From IMG/VR virus record IMGVR_UViG_3300040856_003015, positions 1 through 64,000 of that record: a stretch of DNA of 64,000 bases. One strand, given 5' to 3'. Below, piece after piece: positions 37,203-47,798 of the stretch (positions are counted from its first letter, which is position 1; the number at the start of each line of letters is the position of its first letter). Position numbers and translations under genes: made by a program. The notes under the pieces are model-generated. The model saw only the letters and a program-made list of their open reading frames with translations, was not told the DNA's origin and searched no databases. The DNA is from a virus.

Positions 37203-37469
37203 TTAGTTGGTAAATCCTACTTTTGCTGCTTTAATTGAAGATGAAGTCCAGATAACTTCGGAAGGAAGTTTTTCCAGAAATTCCACAGAATTTGCTGGCA
37301 TAGTAAAAAATACTGTTGTTGCTGCTCCAACCGTGGCATTAATTGCAACTGTAGTAACACCTTCAGTATTATTATGAAGTCTTACGCAACTTGCACTACC
37401 AATGCTTGTAGCAGCACCAGCACTTGCACCAGTTGAAACTTCAGATTCAATTATTTTAGTTCTTTGCAT
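37203..37469 (-). CDS. Small virion-associated hypothetical protein
   Basis: ASCVRLHN...FTMPANSVEFLEK...KVGFTN; TATAAATA at 37494-37501. Confidence 0.75.
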   Translation of the reverse strand: MQRTKIIESEVSTGASAGAATSIGSASCVRLHNNTEGVTTVAINATVGAATTVFFTMPANSVEFLEKLPSEVIWTSSSIKAAKVGFTN

Positions 37470-37510
37470 TGGTATAATAAAGACTTTATTAGTTATTTAT
37501 AAATTACAAA

Positions 37511-38968
37511 TTACCTACTAATTTCTTCCCAGTCCAGTGAAGCAAAAACATTAGCACCAGAAGTATCAGTGGCACAAACAAGTGTTAATTCATAAGGAGT
37601 TCCAGTTAATCCATTTCTTTCTAACTGGAACTTAAAGAGTGCTTCTTTGAGAATATCTACTGATGCTTGTGATTGATTATTTGATGCGAAAAATCCAGAT
37701 GCTAATATTCTTCCACCACTCACAGTTCCACCATCAATCTTATATTCAACTGCACTATCAACCCCAGCACTTACCCAAGTTCCACCTGATGTAGTTGTAG
37801 ATGCTCTCACCTGCCAATTATATAATGGTCCATTTCCCGTTCCCATAATTGATAATGCAGTCAAAATAACAATTGCATCTAATCTATTTGGAGAAGATTT
37901 GAGACGAATTGAAAGTACTGGATAATAAGTTCCTGCTGGTGAAGGTAACTCTACTGGTGCCGTAATTGGTGTTTGTACTGCCTGTTGTAATCCACGAAGT
38001 TCATAACCACCTTCTGAAATCACAGAAGAACAAACCTGTTTGAGTGTGCTTGAACTTGTAGTAATTCCAGTATTACTAATCTCATATCTCAAAGGTAATG
38101 ATGCTGTTGTAATATAAGTTGATTGAATAATATTTGCGTGATGGAATGAATGGCAATGAACAAATTGACCGTTAATCACAAAACCAATTCTTACAGTTCC
38201 AAGTCCCAACCACTCAATATCCATCCAAAGTATTTGTGCTTTATCTTTGGATAGTGTAATACCAGATGGACCAGTTCCATCTAACTTATCAATATTCCAA
38301 GATGATTGTGATACTCTTGTTTCTATTCCAGTTGATAAACTTCTTTCTACGAAATATGCAGTAGTTCCATCAATCTCAAAATACATTCCATTGTCTGCAC
38401 CAAAATATCCAATTCTTTGCCTTAGATTTGCTTTTGGTGTTGCAGGAACAAAAGTATTCAATACTAATAATGACTTTCCTGGTTGATATGAAAATACTTT
38501 TGTGGTTTCTCTAATTGCAGAACACCCAGCAGTTGTTCCAATACCAATATTAACTAATCCTTGAGTGGTTGCAAATTCAACTGTAGAACCTGTTCCTACT
38601 AACAAACTATCCCAAAGATTATTATCTCTATATCTGTGAGAACTATCAAAAAGTGTGAGAGGATTTGATACTCTTGTTCTTCCAAAAGCATCTGTAGTTC
38701 CTGTTGGTGGACTAGTTGCGACTGTTCCAGTTATCGGAATTGGATTTCCAGTATCATTTTTAATTTCAACTTCTGGGATTGTTCCAATATTGACAGTTCC
38801 ACTGATGGATACTGTATTTCCTATAGAAACTGTAGTATTTCCAATAGATACTGGAAAACGATTTGTTTCTGTTACTTGCTCACCATCACTAGTTGCAACA
38901 TTAAAAACCTCAAAGAGACTTCTTTCTTGATTTAGAAAGTCCTGTGTATTTTTATTCCACTGTGCCAT
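37511..38968 (-). CDS. Virion structural protein (beta-rich)
   Basis: MAQWNK start, DAFGRTRVSNPLTLFDS, YQPGKS, ends WEEISR; in head module. Confidence 0.7.
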   Translation of the reverse strand: MAQWNKNTQDFLNQERSLFEVFNVATSDGEQVTETNRFPVSIGNTTVSIGNTVSISGTVNIGTIPEVEIKNDTGNPIPITGTVATSPPTGTTDAFGRTRVSNPLTLFDSSHRYRDNNLWDSLLVGTGSTVEFATTQGLVNIGIGTTAGCSAIRETTKVFSYQPGKSLLVLNTFVPATPKANLRQRIGYFGADNGMYFEIDGTTAYFVERSLSTGIETRVSQSSWNIDKLDGTGPSGITLSKDKAQILWMDIEWLGLGTVRIGFVINGQFVHCHSFHHANIIQSTYITTASLPLRYEISNTGITTSSSTLKQVCSSVISEGGYELRGLQQAVQTPITAPVELPSPAGTYYPVLSIRLKSSPNRLDAIVILTALSIMGTGNGPLYNWQVRASTTTSGGTWVSAGVDSAVEYKIDGGTVSGGRILASGFFASNNQSQASVDILKEALFKFQLERNGLTGTPYELTLVCATDTSGANVFASLDWEEISR

Positions 38969-38971
38969 AAA

Positions 38972-39301
38972 TTAAATCCATTCTAGTTTTGAAGGATGAT
39001 ATCTTTTAATATCTTTTATATTTACTTGATTGTTTTTTTCTTGAATTGGGTATATATTGTGAACTATGGAACCTGGATAATCACTTTGAAGCATTTCTCC
39101 CAATTCTCTACGAGACGGTAGTGTATAACTGTCCAATTGAAGTTCAATTCGATAAATCTGCCCTTCCCAAAGAAAGTCCGCAAAAAAACTTTTAGTTTCT
39201 TTTACATCTTCTGGGAAATCGCTTTTTACAATAATTGTCCCAACTGACGCATTGCCAGAAATATTTACAGATTCTGATAAAAAGTTTTTAAAAGTTTTCA
39301 T
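38972..39301 (-). CDS. Hypothetical head-module protein with capsid-targeting-like N-terminus
   Basis: MKTFKNFLSES; WEGQIYRIEL...PSRREL...YPGS module also seen at end of 46444..47769. Confidence 0.7.
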   Translation of the reverse strand: MKTFKNFLSESVNISGNASVGTIIVKSDFPEDVKETKSFFADFLWEGQIYRIELQLDSYTLPSRRELGEMLQSDYPGSIVHNIYPIQEKNNQVNIKDIKRYHPSKLEWI

Positions 39302-39318
39302 TGCGGATTTTCCTTTGA

Positions 39319-39474
39319 TTAGTCTTCGGTTTCCATATTGAAAACTGAGTTATAAACATGTGGTCTATAATTATTGATTTTTTCTGCAGATTTTGCGTAT
39401 AAAATTTCTTTTATTTTATCGCTTACTTGTAGAGGCGATCTATCAGATGCCATTAAATCCATTAGTTCTTCCAT
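39319..39474 (-). CDS. Small prohead core-like protein (gp67 position)
   Basis: Not in ORF track: MEELMDLMASDRSPLQVSDKIKEILYAKSAEKINNYRPHVYNSVFNMETED (51 aa); TATAAATA at 39498-39505. Confidence 0.7.
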   Translation of the reverse strand: MEELMDLMASDRSPLQVSDKIKEILYAKSAEKINNYRPHVYNSVFNMETED

Positions 39475-39508
39475 AAAATTAAATTAAATTCTTTATTTAT
39501 TTATAAAT

Positions 39509-41134
39509 TTATTTTAGTGGTTTATCTTCATAATCAATTGGAACTTTTCCAGAATCACCTTCAATATTATTACCTTGATCTAAAGGTAATCCAGTTGCAG
39601 GATCTATTGGAGCATTAGGATCTGTTATAACTCCATCTTCGATTTCCTTTTCAATAATTATATCTTGATCTATTATTTCTTGATCGGTTTGGCGTAATAT
39701 TTTATTTCTAACATAGTTTTGTGAAAAATATTTTCCAATATAAGGTTCCGCAGTTGCTGCTAAATTCAGTCTTTCAGTCATTAATTCTGCATCTTTTAAT
39801 TCTGAAAAATGATTATCATATAAGAAATCGTATTGTATGTGTTCAGAAATGATCTCCCAATCTTCTAAAGTAATAATATTTTTTAAAATTAATTGAGTTT
39901 TTAATAAATCATTAAATAAATTTGCAAATCTTTTTCTTAATCTACCAACAAATTTTGTAAATTTGAGTTCATCTCTTAGAATTTCAGAAGATCTACCTAA
40001 ATTAAATCCACCTTCACCATCCATTCTTGATGGTGGTACATTTAATGAGCGATATAATTTTTTTCTAAAATACTCAATATCAGTAATTTCTCCAAGATTT
40101 TGTCCCCCAGGAAGTGTAGTAATTTCAGTACCTCTACCACCCTCTCTTCTAGGTAACCAATAATCTTCGAGCATGGACATAAATTTTTTGTCATCTCGAA
40201 TTTCGCCTGTTGTTGCATCATACACTAATTTGTTACGATACCTCGTCATAACATCTCTAAGATATTGTTCCGCTTTAGTCTTAGGTAAATTTCCTACATC
40301 AATATAAAAAATTCTCCTCTCTGGTGCGCGAGATAATCTGTAAATAACTAGACTATCCTCAATCATACGTAATTGATTGAGAGATTTAATTGCTTTATTT
40401 AAATATGATAAAACTATATTTTTATTTCTATCAATAAGTCCAGAATTGCAATATGCAATAGAGTCTTTTGCCATTTTAATTCCAGCAGACATATCTGTAT
40501 TATTCAATCCAGTACCAGAAGTAAATGATTTTGGATTGTAGATAAAATATTCTTCTATATCTGGAAAAGTTTTATTTATATCTTCTTTTCTACTAGTTAT
40601 TATATTATCTTTTTTTTCTTTTTTTTGATGCCTTACATATTTTATCTTTAAAGAATCTATATATCTTAATTCTTGTATCCCTAAGTGAGGATTTTTCATA
40701 TCAATCATTTTATGGTAGTATAATCTACCATCAATGTACCAATTTCTGCATATTTCATGGCATTTTTTATCAAAATCTAATAAACGAAGTATATTTTTAA
40801 ATTCTTCTCTTATTTTAGATTTTATACCATCACTAGCATTTAAATTTGATAATTCTATTTCAACTGGACTATCATTAGAATCTGATACTATCGCTTCATT
40901 TATAATATCTTCTATTGCACTATCAACTTCTGGATGTAGAGACATTTCTCTATATCTCTTTATTAAATCAAATTCAGTTTTATAGACTCCTTCTATATCT
41001 ACGTATGATCCAAAAAAACCACTAGTAAGATAATGATCAACCCCGTCCTCATTATTTTGAGGAACAGGGGAGACAACGTTTTTGGATTTTTGTGTGGAAG
41101 AATCGTCAATAGAAAAACCAAATAATTTAGCCAT
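39509..41134 (-). CDS. gp20: Portal protein
   Basis: MAKLFGFSI, YRLSRAPERRIFYIDVGNLP, EDYWLPRREGGRGTEITTLPGG. Confidence 0.97.
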   Translation of the reverse strand: MAKLFGFSIDDSSTQKSKNVVSPVPQNNEDGVDHYLTSGFFGSYVDIEGVYKTEFDLIKRYREMSLHPEVDSAIEDIINEAIVSDSNDSPVEIELSNLNASDGIKSKIREEFKNILRLLDFDKKCHEICRNWYIDGRLYYHKMIDMKNPHLGIQELRYIDSLKIKYVRHQKKEKKDNIITSRKEDINKTFPDIEEYFIYNPKSFTSGTGLNNTDMSAGIKMAKDSIAYCNSGLIDRNKNIVLSYLNKAIKSLNQLRMIEDSLVIYRLSRAPERRIFYIDVGNLPKTKAEQYLRDVMTRYRNKLVYDATTGEIRDDKKFMSMLEDYWLPRREGGRGTEITTLPGGQNLGEITDIEYFRKKLYRSLNVPPSRMDGEGGFNLGRSSEILRDELKFTKFVGRLRKRFANLFNDLLKTQLILKNIITLEDWEIISEHIQYDFLYDNHFSELKDAELMTERLNLAATAEPYIGKYFSQNYVRNKILRQTDQEIIDQDIIIEKEIEDGVITDPNAPIDPATGLPLDQGNNIEGDSGKVPIDYEDKPLK

Positions 41135-41166
41135 GAATATATTTCCTATTTAATTATTACTATTTA

Positions 41167-41814
41167 TTATCTAATAATAGAACCTGTTTGATCTTTATCG
41201 TCATTGTCACCACCTGCTTCCCAATATTGAACTTGGAATTCAACCGTATATTCTTCTATATTATCTCCAGTATCGTATGAAAGATCAATCTGAGATACGT
41301 TAGTTGGGAAAATGTCAAAGAATTTGTAAGTTCTTAATGGTTTAATACCATCTTCAGAACCATCGACTCCGTTGTTAGAGTTACTTTCAATACCTTTTCC
41401 AGCACCTCTACCCAATTGATAAACATAAGCATTCTTCATATATGAAGATGGATTTGTCGCACCTGAAGAATTATCTAACTTATTAATCCCATTCATCCAC
41501 TGTTCAAATGCTGTTCTCAACAAAAAGTTTTCATCATTTATAATGGTTACAGTCCATGTGTCAAATGTTCTATCTCCAGCAACTTTTAAAATCCTCCCTC
41601 TAAAAGGAACATCAATTGGTGCTATATTTGAAGCAGGAAGTGCTGCTGCCTTGCACAAAAATCTGAAGTTTAATTGTGCTTCAGAATCCCATGTAGCACC
41701 TGCTGTAGTAGCTGCTTCTGGAAAATCTGGAATGTTTACTTCAAATAAATTAGGTCTTGCACCCCCTCCAGATAGATTTGATTTAAAATCTGAAATTGTT
41801 CTGAGAGTTGCCAT
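41167..41814 (-). CDS. gp19: Tail tube protein
   Basis: GGARPNLFEV, FRGRILKVAGDRTFDTWTVT, IEEYTVEFQVQYW. Confidence 0.96.
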   Translation of the reverse strand: MATLRTISDFKSNLSGGGARPNLFEVNIPDFPEAATTAGATWDSEAQLNFRFLCKAAALPASNIAPIDVPFRGRILKVAGDRTFDTWTVTIINDENFLLRTAFEQWMNGINKLDNSSGATNPSSYMKNAYVYQLGRGAGKGIESNSNNGVDGSEDGIKPLRTYKFFDIFPTNVSQIDLSYDTGDNIEEYTVEFQVQYWEAGGDNDDKDQTGSIIR

Positions 41815-41850
41815 TTTTTATTCCTCCTTTGGTTAATAGATTAAAAATAA

Positions 41851-44271
41851 TTAAACAGTACCAGCAACTTCTTCAAAACTTATGCCAGTTCTAGTTGCCA
41901 CAAAAGTGAGAGTTACATAATTAATTGATTTTGTTGGTTTCAGATAAATATCTGCCCTAAATTCATTATTGTCAATTATGTCTGGAGTATTATTAGAGGA
42001 ATCACAAACGAGCAAGTAATCATATACACCTCTCTTTGATTTTACTTCTCTTAAATATGGTTCAACTATATTGATAAAGTTTGAACGAGTTATTTCGTCA
42101 TTAAGCTCAAACAGTTGTGCCTTTGCAGCAGATTCTATTGCCTGCTCTACAGTTAAGAAAAGTCTTCTTACATTTATTCTGTCAAATGCTGAAGGATAAC
42201 TTAAACCAGTTTTATCACCAAATAATAATGTGCCAACTCCACTTTGAGTAATTATTGGGTTAATTCTCTGACTGTAGAGCCTATCTCTTTGCACTTTAGA
42301 AGGATTGTACGCAAGTTTTACTGCATTATTGATTATTCCTCTTTGTTGACCAGCAGGTGAGAACCATGGATAGAAATTAATTCCTGTTCTGACCATTAAT
42401 CCAGCAACATCTGGATTGCATGGTACATAAGTAAATTGAGAATTGAATCTATCATAAGTATACTTGTATCCAGAATCAAAAACTGCATAAGAAGAACTTG
42501 GTAATGAAGAGTAGAATGATATTATATTGTTAGTTTGTGTTTCAGATGAAGTTATATTGATAACATCATTTGAAAATGGTGATATTGTAGCAATACAATC
42601 TTTTCTACTTTCTGCTATACTTATGAGATATTTTGCTTTTGCTTGAGTTTCAACTTTAGTATTTAAACTTGGACCCATGATCAAGTGGTCTAAAGAAATT
42701 TCATCTTTATTTTCAAATTTTCTATATCCTGAAATTATGGAATCCAAACCTGCGGCATATCCACCGGATTGGTTATAGTTTTCTCCACCTTTAAGTTTAA
42801 AGTTTACAGAACCAATACAAGTGAAAGATTTATTTTGAGCATCTTGATTCCAGTCATCTGATATTGGAATAAATCCTGTAGAATTTATTGCAGATGGAGT
42901 TATATTCCAGAATAAATCTGGTTGTCTTGATAAATCTCTTCCCCCATATACTAATGTAGAATATCTTGATAGATATTCTTTCCACCATATTTTTAGTGGG
43001 GCATTTTGTGTAGACTCTGCATCAGAAGCTTTTGATAAGAATAAATGCTTTTCTAAAAGGTTTGATTTTATTCCACTAATCTTCCCACTATTATCAAACA
43101 CTGCTATATGCATTGAGTCGCCAACACAACCCCTTTCTAATGCATAGTTTGTTGACACTGGCTTTGGTGCTATATTAGACCAGTATATCTCTTGATTATC
43201 TAATATAATTTTTTGATTTCTATACCAATCTTTTACAGATAGAATAGAATTTGATTCAGATTCTATAGAACCATTGATAGCAACTACATCAAAGTTTTCT
43301 GATGTAAATGAAGTAAGATCATCTAATTCCTTATAAGTAACTTTTGTTTCTACTCCACCAGAGTAAGATTTTGTTTTTATTTGTATGGAGTCTCCTGAGT
43401 TTATAGTTGATGCCGGACCTACATTAATATCTATATAATCCGATCCAATTCCAGTTATGGGTATATCTATTAAATTAGCAGAAGGTATTGAAATTATATT
43501 TAAAGATGTACTTAGACCAACTGGAACTGAATCCACATAAACTCTAGTACTAGATATTCCAACATCTAGAGTGATTATTTGAGTATTGGTCAAATTATAT
43601 GATGTAGTATATCCAACTACAGTAGAGAGTATTTTAACTCCAACTTCTGTTTGTGTACCATTTGTAGTAATTCCCGTAACTATAGATTTCAAATGACCAT
43701 TAAAAAATAATTGCTCCCCGGAATCAGAAGCATATGATGTTGATCTTTTGGAAATAATATGATTTCCAATCTCTATACCAAGAGTTGAAACTGATCCTGA
43801 AGAAATTGTTAATATCTGATCAGATTTATCATCAATGATAGAAACTACCATATCATTAGCCCATCTCCCAGGAGTTTGTGAAGCAAAACAAAATCCTGGT
43901 TCTGAGTCTTGATATGTATCTACATAATTTTCATAATTTTTTATTTTTAAATTAGTTGTATTCGCATATCCTACAGCAGCGTTAGCATTCTTTAAATCTG
44001 GATCATCTACTCTAACAACCTTTATAATTCCACTGTATGATAAAAATGAGGATGCTGATAACCAATATTTATTCTGACTATCTGTTGATATTGGTTTACC
44101 AAAAGTCTTTAGTAAATCATTTTCGTTTGTCACTTCAATAACTTGGTCTACTGGACCCAGTTCAAATGGTCCCGCAATAGCTCCAACATTATCTAAAACA
44201 TTATCAACTCTACCTACAGTTAAGTCAACTTCTCTGACGAGTACGCCTGGAGATAATTGAGGAGTTGCCAT
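41851..44271 (-). CDS. gp18: Tail sheath protein
   Basis: SPGVLVREVDLT, WFSPAG, AFDRINVRRLF, FVATRTG. Confidence 0.96.
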   Translation of the reverse strand: MATPQLSPGVLVREVDLTVGRVDNVLDNVGAIAGPFELGPVDQVIEVTNENDLLKTFGKPISTDSQNKYWLSASSFLSYSGIIKVVRVDDPDLKNANAAVGYANTTNLKIKNYENYVDTYQDSEPGFCFASQTPGRWANDMVVSIIDDKSDQILTISSGSVSTLGIEIGNHIISKRSTSYASDSGEQLFFNGHLKSIVTGITTNGTQTEVGVKILSTVVGYTTSYNLTNTQIITLDVGISSTRVYVDSVPVGLSTSLNIISIPSANLIDIPITGIGSDYIDINVGPASTINSGDSIQIKTKSYSGGVETKVTYKELDDLTSFTSENFDVVAINGSIESESNSILSVKDWYRNQKIILDNQEIYWSNIAPKPVSTNYALERGCVGDSMHIAVFDNSGKISGIKSNLLEKHLFLSKASDAESTQNAPLKIWWKEYLSRYSTLVYGGRDLSRQPDLFWNITPSAINSTGFIPISDDWNQDAQNKSFTCIGSVNFKLKGGENYNQSGGYAAGLDSIISGYRKFENKDEISLDHLIMGPSLNTKVETQAKAKYLISIAESRKDCIATISPFSNDVINITSSETQTNNIISFYSSLPSSSYAVFDSGYKYTYDRFNSQFTYVPCNPDVAGLMVRTGINFYPWFSPAGQQRGIINNAVKLAYNPSKVQRDRLYSQRINPIITQSGVGTLLFGDKTGLSYPSAFDRINVRRLFLTVEQAIESAAKAQLFELNDEITRSNFINIVEPYLREVKSKRGVYDYLLVCDSSNNTPDIIDNNEFRADIYLKPTKSINYVTLTFVATRTGISFEEVAGTV

Positions 44272-44329
44272 TTCTTTCTCCGTAATAAGTCTCAGTTTAA
44301 TCTAAGAAATATTTATGAAAAATCATATT

Positions 44330-45982
44330 TTAATTAATATAGTCCCACATATATGACATATCACCATATTCATCAGTAAACCATCTATCACCTTCTTTAT
44401 CGACAAAAGTTCCGTCCTGAGTTAATCCATCCGATATAAATCCAAAAGGAGACATATCTTGCTCTATTTGATTTTTTTGCTCTTGATAAAGTCTTTTTCT
44501 TATATCCTGATCCGTAAGTTCTTTGAAATAATCTTCATTGATCATCCAAGAGTACATAACTAAACACATTACCAAATCATCATTTCTACCTTCTTCAGCC
44601 TCGAAAGAATTTCCTTTTTGTATAAAAGTTGTTAATTCGTTTATAATATCAAAATCTTCAAATACTAATTTACTTTCTTCAATTAGAGTTTTTAAATTTA
44701 AACATCCGACTTTTTTTATAGTTTTGGACATTTTTACTCCCAACTGAACTTTTTTTCCAGAAAATCCTTGGCCCAAAACTTGTCCAGCTCTTCCTCTCAT
44801 GGAAGTCATGAGTAAATTTGAATACTCTAATTCATAAAATAATCCCGCAGCAACCTGATCACCAACATCATTAACCTCACATAAAACATGTGCTTTATTA
44901 TATGATAAAGCAACATTTCTTATAATTTGTGGGAAAAATAGTGGTCTTATTTGATTATTTCTATACTTTGCAACAACTTTATGTGGAAATTGTGATACAT
45001 CAAAAACAACAAATGCGGAGAAATCTTTTTCTACTCCTCTAGCAACATCGACAGTTACTGCATATGTATGATCATCTACAGGATCTTCATACACATCTAA
45101 CCCAGCATTTGATGTTATTGGATTACTAAAGACTAATGAATTCAATTTTGGACCAGAAATCAGTGTATCTGCAGATCCTAAAAACTGGCACTCAAATTCT
45201 TGTCTCCATTGTGCTTCAGATGTGTTTGCAATAGTAGTCTTTTTGAAGTTTTCATCTCTACCAGGAACATCTGTCCAATGGACCTCTAATGGTACATATT
45301 CATTCTTCCCCTTTTGGGCATCACTCCATAGTCTATAGAAATGATTCATTCCAAATGGAGTTGAAACAACTATAACTTTAGATGAACTACCGGAAGTAAT
45401 AGTTGGATATACCGAACTGAAGAAATTATCTGCTACCTGATTTGGTACGAAAGCAAATTCGTCTAGGAATATTATATTGTAAGTACCACCACGAACTGAT
45501 GATGCAGAAGTTGATGATGCAAATATTTTGGATCCATTTTCTAATTCTAGAGAACCTTTATTCCATGATAATATACCCTGTTGCAACCATCTTGGTAGAT
45601 TTTCATACCCAGTTTGTAATCTAGCAAGCAAATCTCTTGCAGTATTTGCTTTGTTTGCTAGAATAGCAACATTAACATTATCATTAAATATTGCATAGTG
45701 TAGTAGATATGAAACTACTGTGGTTGATTTTCCACTCTGTCTCGGTAACTTACATATATTAAATCTATTATCATGAAAACTTCGTAACATATTTTTTTGG
45801 AATGGGTACATAGTAAAAGGTTGTAACCCATGATCCAAAGTAACAATTTTTATGTAATTATTGGCAAAATATACTGGATCTCTGGAACAATTTATAAATT
45901 CCTCAATTTGGTTTCCACTAAATTCATGTTTTGTGTTTGCCTTTTTTAGTAACGGATTACCGAGGTAAAATTCTTCAGACAT
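44330..45982 (-). CDS. gp17: Terminase large subunit, intein-free
   Basis: PRQSGKST, FLDEFAF, VSTP.G, VDVARG, NDDLVM. Confidence 0.96.
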   Translation of the reverse strand: MSEEFYLGNPLLKKANTKHEFSGNQIEEFINCSRDPVYFANNYIKIVTLDHGLQPFTMYPFQKNMLRSFHDNRFNICKLPRQSGKSTTVVSYLLHYAIFNDNVNVAILANKANTARDLLARLQTGYENLPRWLQQGILSWNKGSLELENGSKIFASSTSASSVRGGTYNIIFLDEFAFVPNQVADNFFSSVYPTITSGSSSKVIVVSTPFGMNHFYRLWSDAQKGKNEYVPLEVHWTDVPGRDENFKKTTIANTSEAQWRQEFECQFLGSADTLISGPKLNSLVFSNPITSNAGLDVYEDPVDDHTYAVTVDVARGVEKDFSAFVVFDVSQFPHKVVAKYRNNQIRPLFFPQIIRNVALSYNKAHVLCEVNDVGDQVAAGLFYELEYSNLLMTSMRGRAGQVLGQGFSGKKVQLGVKMSKTIKKVGCLNLKTLIEESKLVFEDFDIINELTTFIQKGNSFEAEEGRNDDLVMCLVMYSWMINEDYFKELTDQDIRKRLYQEQKNQIEQDMSPFGFISDGLTQDGTFVDKEGDRWFTDEYGDMSYMWDYIN

Positions 45983-45988
45983 AATAGA

Positions 45989-46450
45989 TTACCATTTTAC
46001 TTTATTTGCCCAATAAGCTGCAGACATTTTTCCTTTTTTGATATTTTTTGCGTGTCTTGACTTAAATTTTTCACGTCTCTTGGCATATTCTTTTGACTCA
46101 CCTTCTTTTTTAGGAGAACCTTTTACTCCAAGTTGACCAAACCTTATAATTTTTTCTTTACCACCCTCACATGCTTTTACTATGTGGGATTTTCCAGATT
46201 CTCCAGACCCATGTGCTTGTACTTTAGGTTGATTACATTTCATCTTATTTTTATCAACAGATTCATTTTTTACTCTTAAATCTGTATATAATTTTCCTTT
46301 ACCATCAACTGATGGTATGAATGCACCATATGGTCCAGATTTTTTGTCTTTATCGTCAATAAATCCATCAATATTCGAATCACTGCGTTTAATAGATTTT
46401 TTTATTTTATTGAGAAGTTCCTTCTTAGATCTAGGAGGAACTTCTATTTC
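45989..46450 (-). CDS. Predicted -1 frameshift extension of the 46444..47769 protein (contains the 84-aa ORF 45989..46243)
   Basis: -1 frame stop-free from slippery site: EIEVPPRSKKELL...KNESVDKNK-MKCNQPK...RFGQ.G...RREKFKSRH...SAAYWANKVKW. Confidence 0.7.
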   Translation of the reverse strand, partial: EIEVPPRSKKELLNKIKKSIKRSDSNIDGFIDDKDKKSGPYGAFIPSVDGKGKLYTDLRVKNESVDKNKMKCNQPKVQAHGSGESGKSHIVKACEGGKEKIIRFGQLGVKGSPKKEGESKEYAKRREKFKSRHAKNIKKGKMSAAYWANKVKW

Positions 46451-46456
46451 TTTTTT
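46413..46456 (-). other. Programmed -1 ribosomal frameshift signal
   Basis: A AAA AAG (46456-46450), 4-nt spacer, 10-bp stem AGAAGTTCCT/AGGAACTTCT (46445-46413). Confidence 0.72.
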
Positions 46457-47769
46457 TCTTCCTTTATTTCAACCCCCTCACCAATTGTATTATTATTCAT
46501 GAGATAATTTTTAGATTTTGAGTTTTGAACCTGTACGAGAGGTTGATTAGGATCAAGATCTGCAGTATTATATGTAACTACTCTTGATCCAGGATAAACT
46601 TTTTGGACTTCGGCAGTAACTTCTTTTCTATTTGGCATTCTAACTTGTGGGAAGAATAATCTCATAGAGTAATATTTTCCCCTCCAAGATATCACTACTG
46701 ATATTATATTTCCATTTTGAGCTTGGAGGCGAACTGATTCACTGACATTTTTTTTCTTATACCCCTTTGCCTTTTTCACTCCCTTTTTAACTGGTACGCA
46801 ATTTGGAACTTCTTTCCCATTCTTCATTTTCATACCAACTTGAGTATATCCTTTCCAACAAGGATTTTCTTCTTCAATAGAACCTGGCTTTATCAGATCT
46901 ATAAACTCTGCATAAACATTTCCATCACAATCTCTTACAATATTACTTTCATTTTTAGACTCAACTTTTTTTAATTTGCTATAATAATTTGGAACTTCAT
47001 CTAAATGTTGTAGGGCAGTTATTCTTGCATCTTTTCTATTTGATGTATGCTCTAATTCAACTTTAATGCCCATTTCCAATTGATTTTTTATAATATCTAA
47101 AGAAACTCCATGTTTTTGTGCTATTTCTTTAGGTGATTTATATGGTTGAACTGGACCTTTTGGGTCTTTTTCTTCACCCATTGGGCAGGACTCTTTATTA
47201 TGCACTGGACAATATTTACCTTTTTTGGTATGATTACAAGATGATTCCTCCATCATCTTCTTAGATAAAGGTTTGCATACTTTATCTGTCTTGCACCAGT
47301 ACATTCCCTTTCCACACTTTTCTTCACCAAGAATTTTTTCAACTAAAGAAACCTCCTCTTTATTAAATTTTGGGGGAAGACTAACCTTGGACACTTCTCT
47401 TTGCCTAAGTTTTTCTGCTTTGGGACCAAGAGCTTTTGCAGCTTCTGGTCCTAGTGCCTTTGCCCCAGTTCTTGGAGCAATTTGACTCCCTGTACTTGTT
47501 AAAATTTTAGTTCTAGGTATGCGATTACTTTTAGTATTTTCATCGATACTTTCATCGCTCTGAAGATATTCTGAAGCGGTATCAATGTAATCCGCAGCTT
47601 TAGTTATTTTAGATTGAACCCATGCTGGGAGTTGTTGATTTCCGGATTTAATTTGTTTCCTGAGATTTTTAATTGATCTCTCTATTGAATCTAATTCATT
47701 TCTAGCCATATATCCTTCATCATCTTTCTTTTTTCCTGAAGAAATTTCTTTATGATCTTCCCTAATCAT
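46444..47769 (-). CDS. Modular late protein
   Basis: QLPAWVQSKITKAADYI, Cys-rich mini-modules, GIKVELEHT...ALQHLDEVPNYYSKL (DUF5661-like), PCWKGY...VPNCVP. Confidence 0.75.
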   Translation of the reverse strand: MIREDHKEISSGKKKDDEGYMARNELDSIERSIKNLRKQIKSGNQQLPAWVQSKITKAADYIDTASEYLQSDESIDENTKSNRIPRTKILTSTGSQIAPRTGAKALGPEAAKALGPKAEKLRQREVSKVSLPPKFNKEEVSLVEKILGEEKCGKGMYWCKTDKVCKPLSKKMMEESSCNHTKKGKYCPVHNKESCPMGEEKDPKGPVQPYKSPKEIAQKHGVSLDIIKNQLEMGIKVELEHTSNRKDARITALQHLDEVPNYYSKLKKVESKNESNIVRDCDGNVYAEFIDLIKPGSIEEENPCWKGYTQVGMKMKNGKEVPNCVPVKKGVKKAKGYKKKNVSESVRLQAQNGNIISVVISWRGKYYSMRLFFPQVRMPNRKEVTAEVQKVYPGSRVVTYNTADLDPNQPLVQVQNSKSKNYLMNNNTIGEGVEIKEEKKK

Positions 47770-47798
47770 GGTTATAATACTAGTCTTTATTTTATTTA

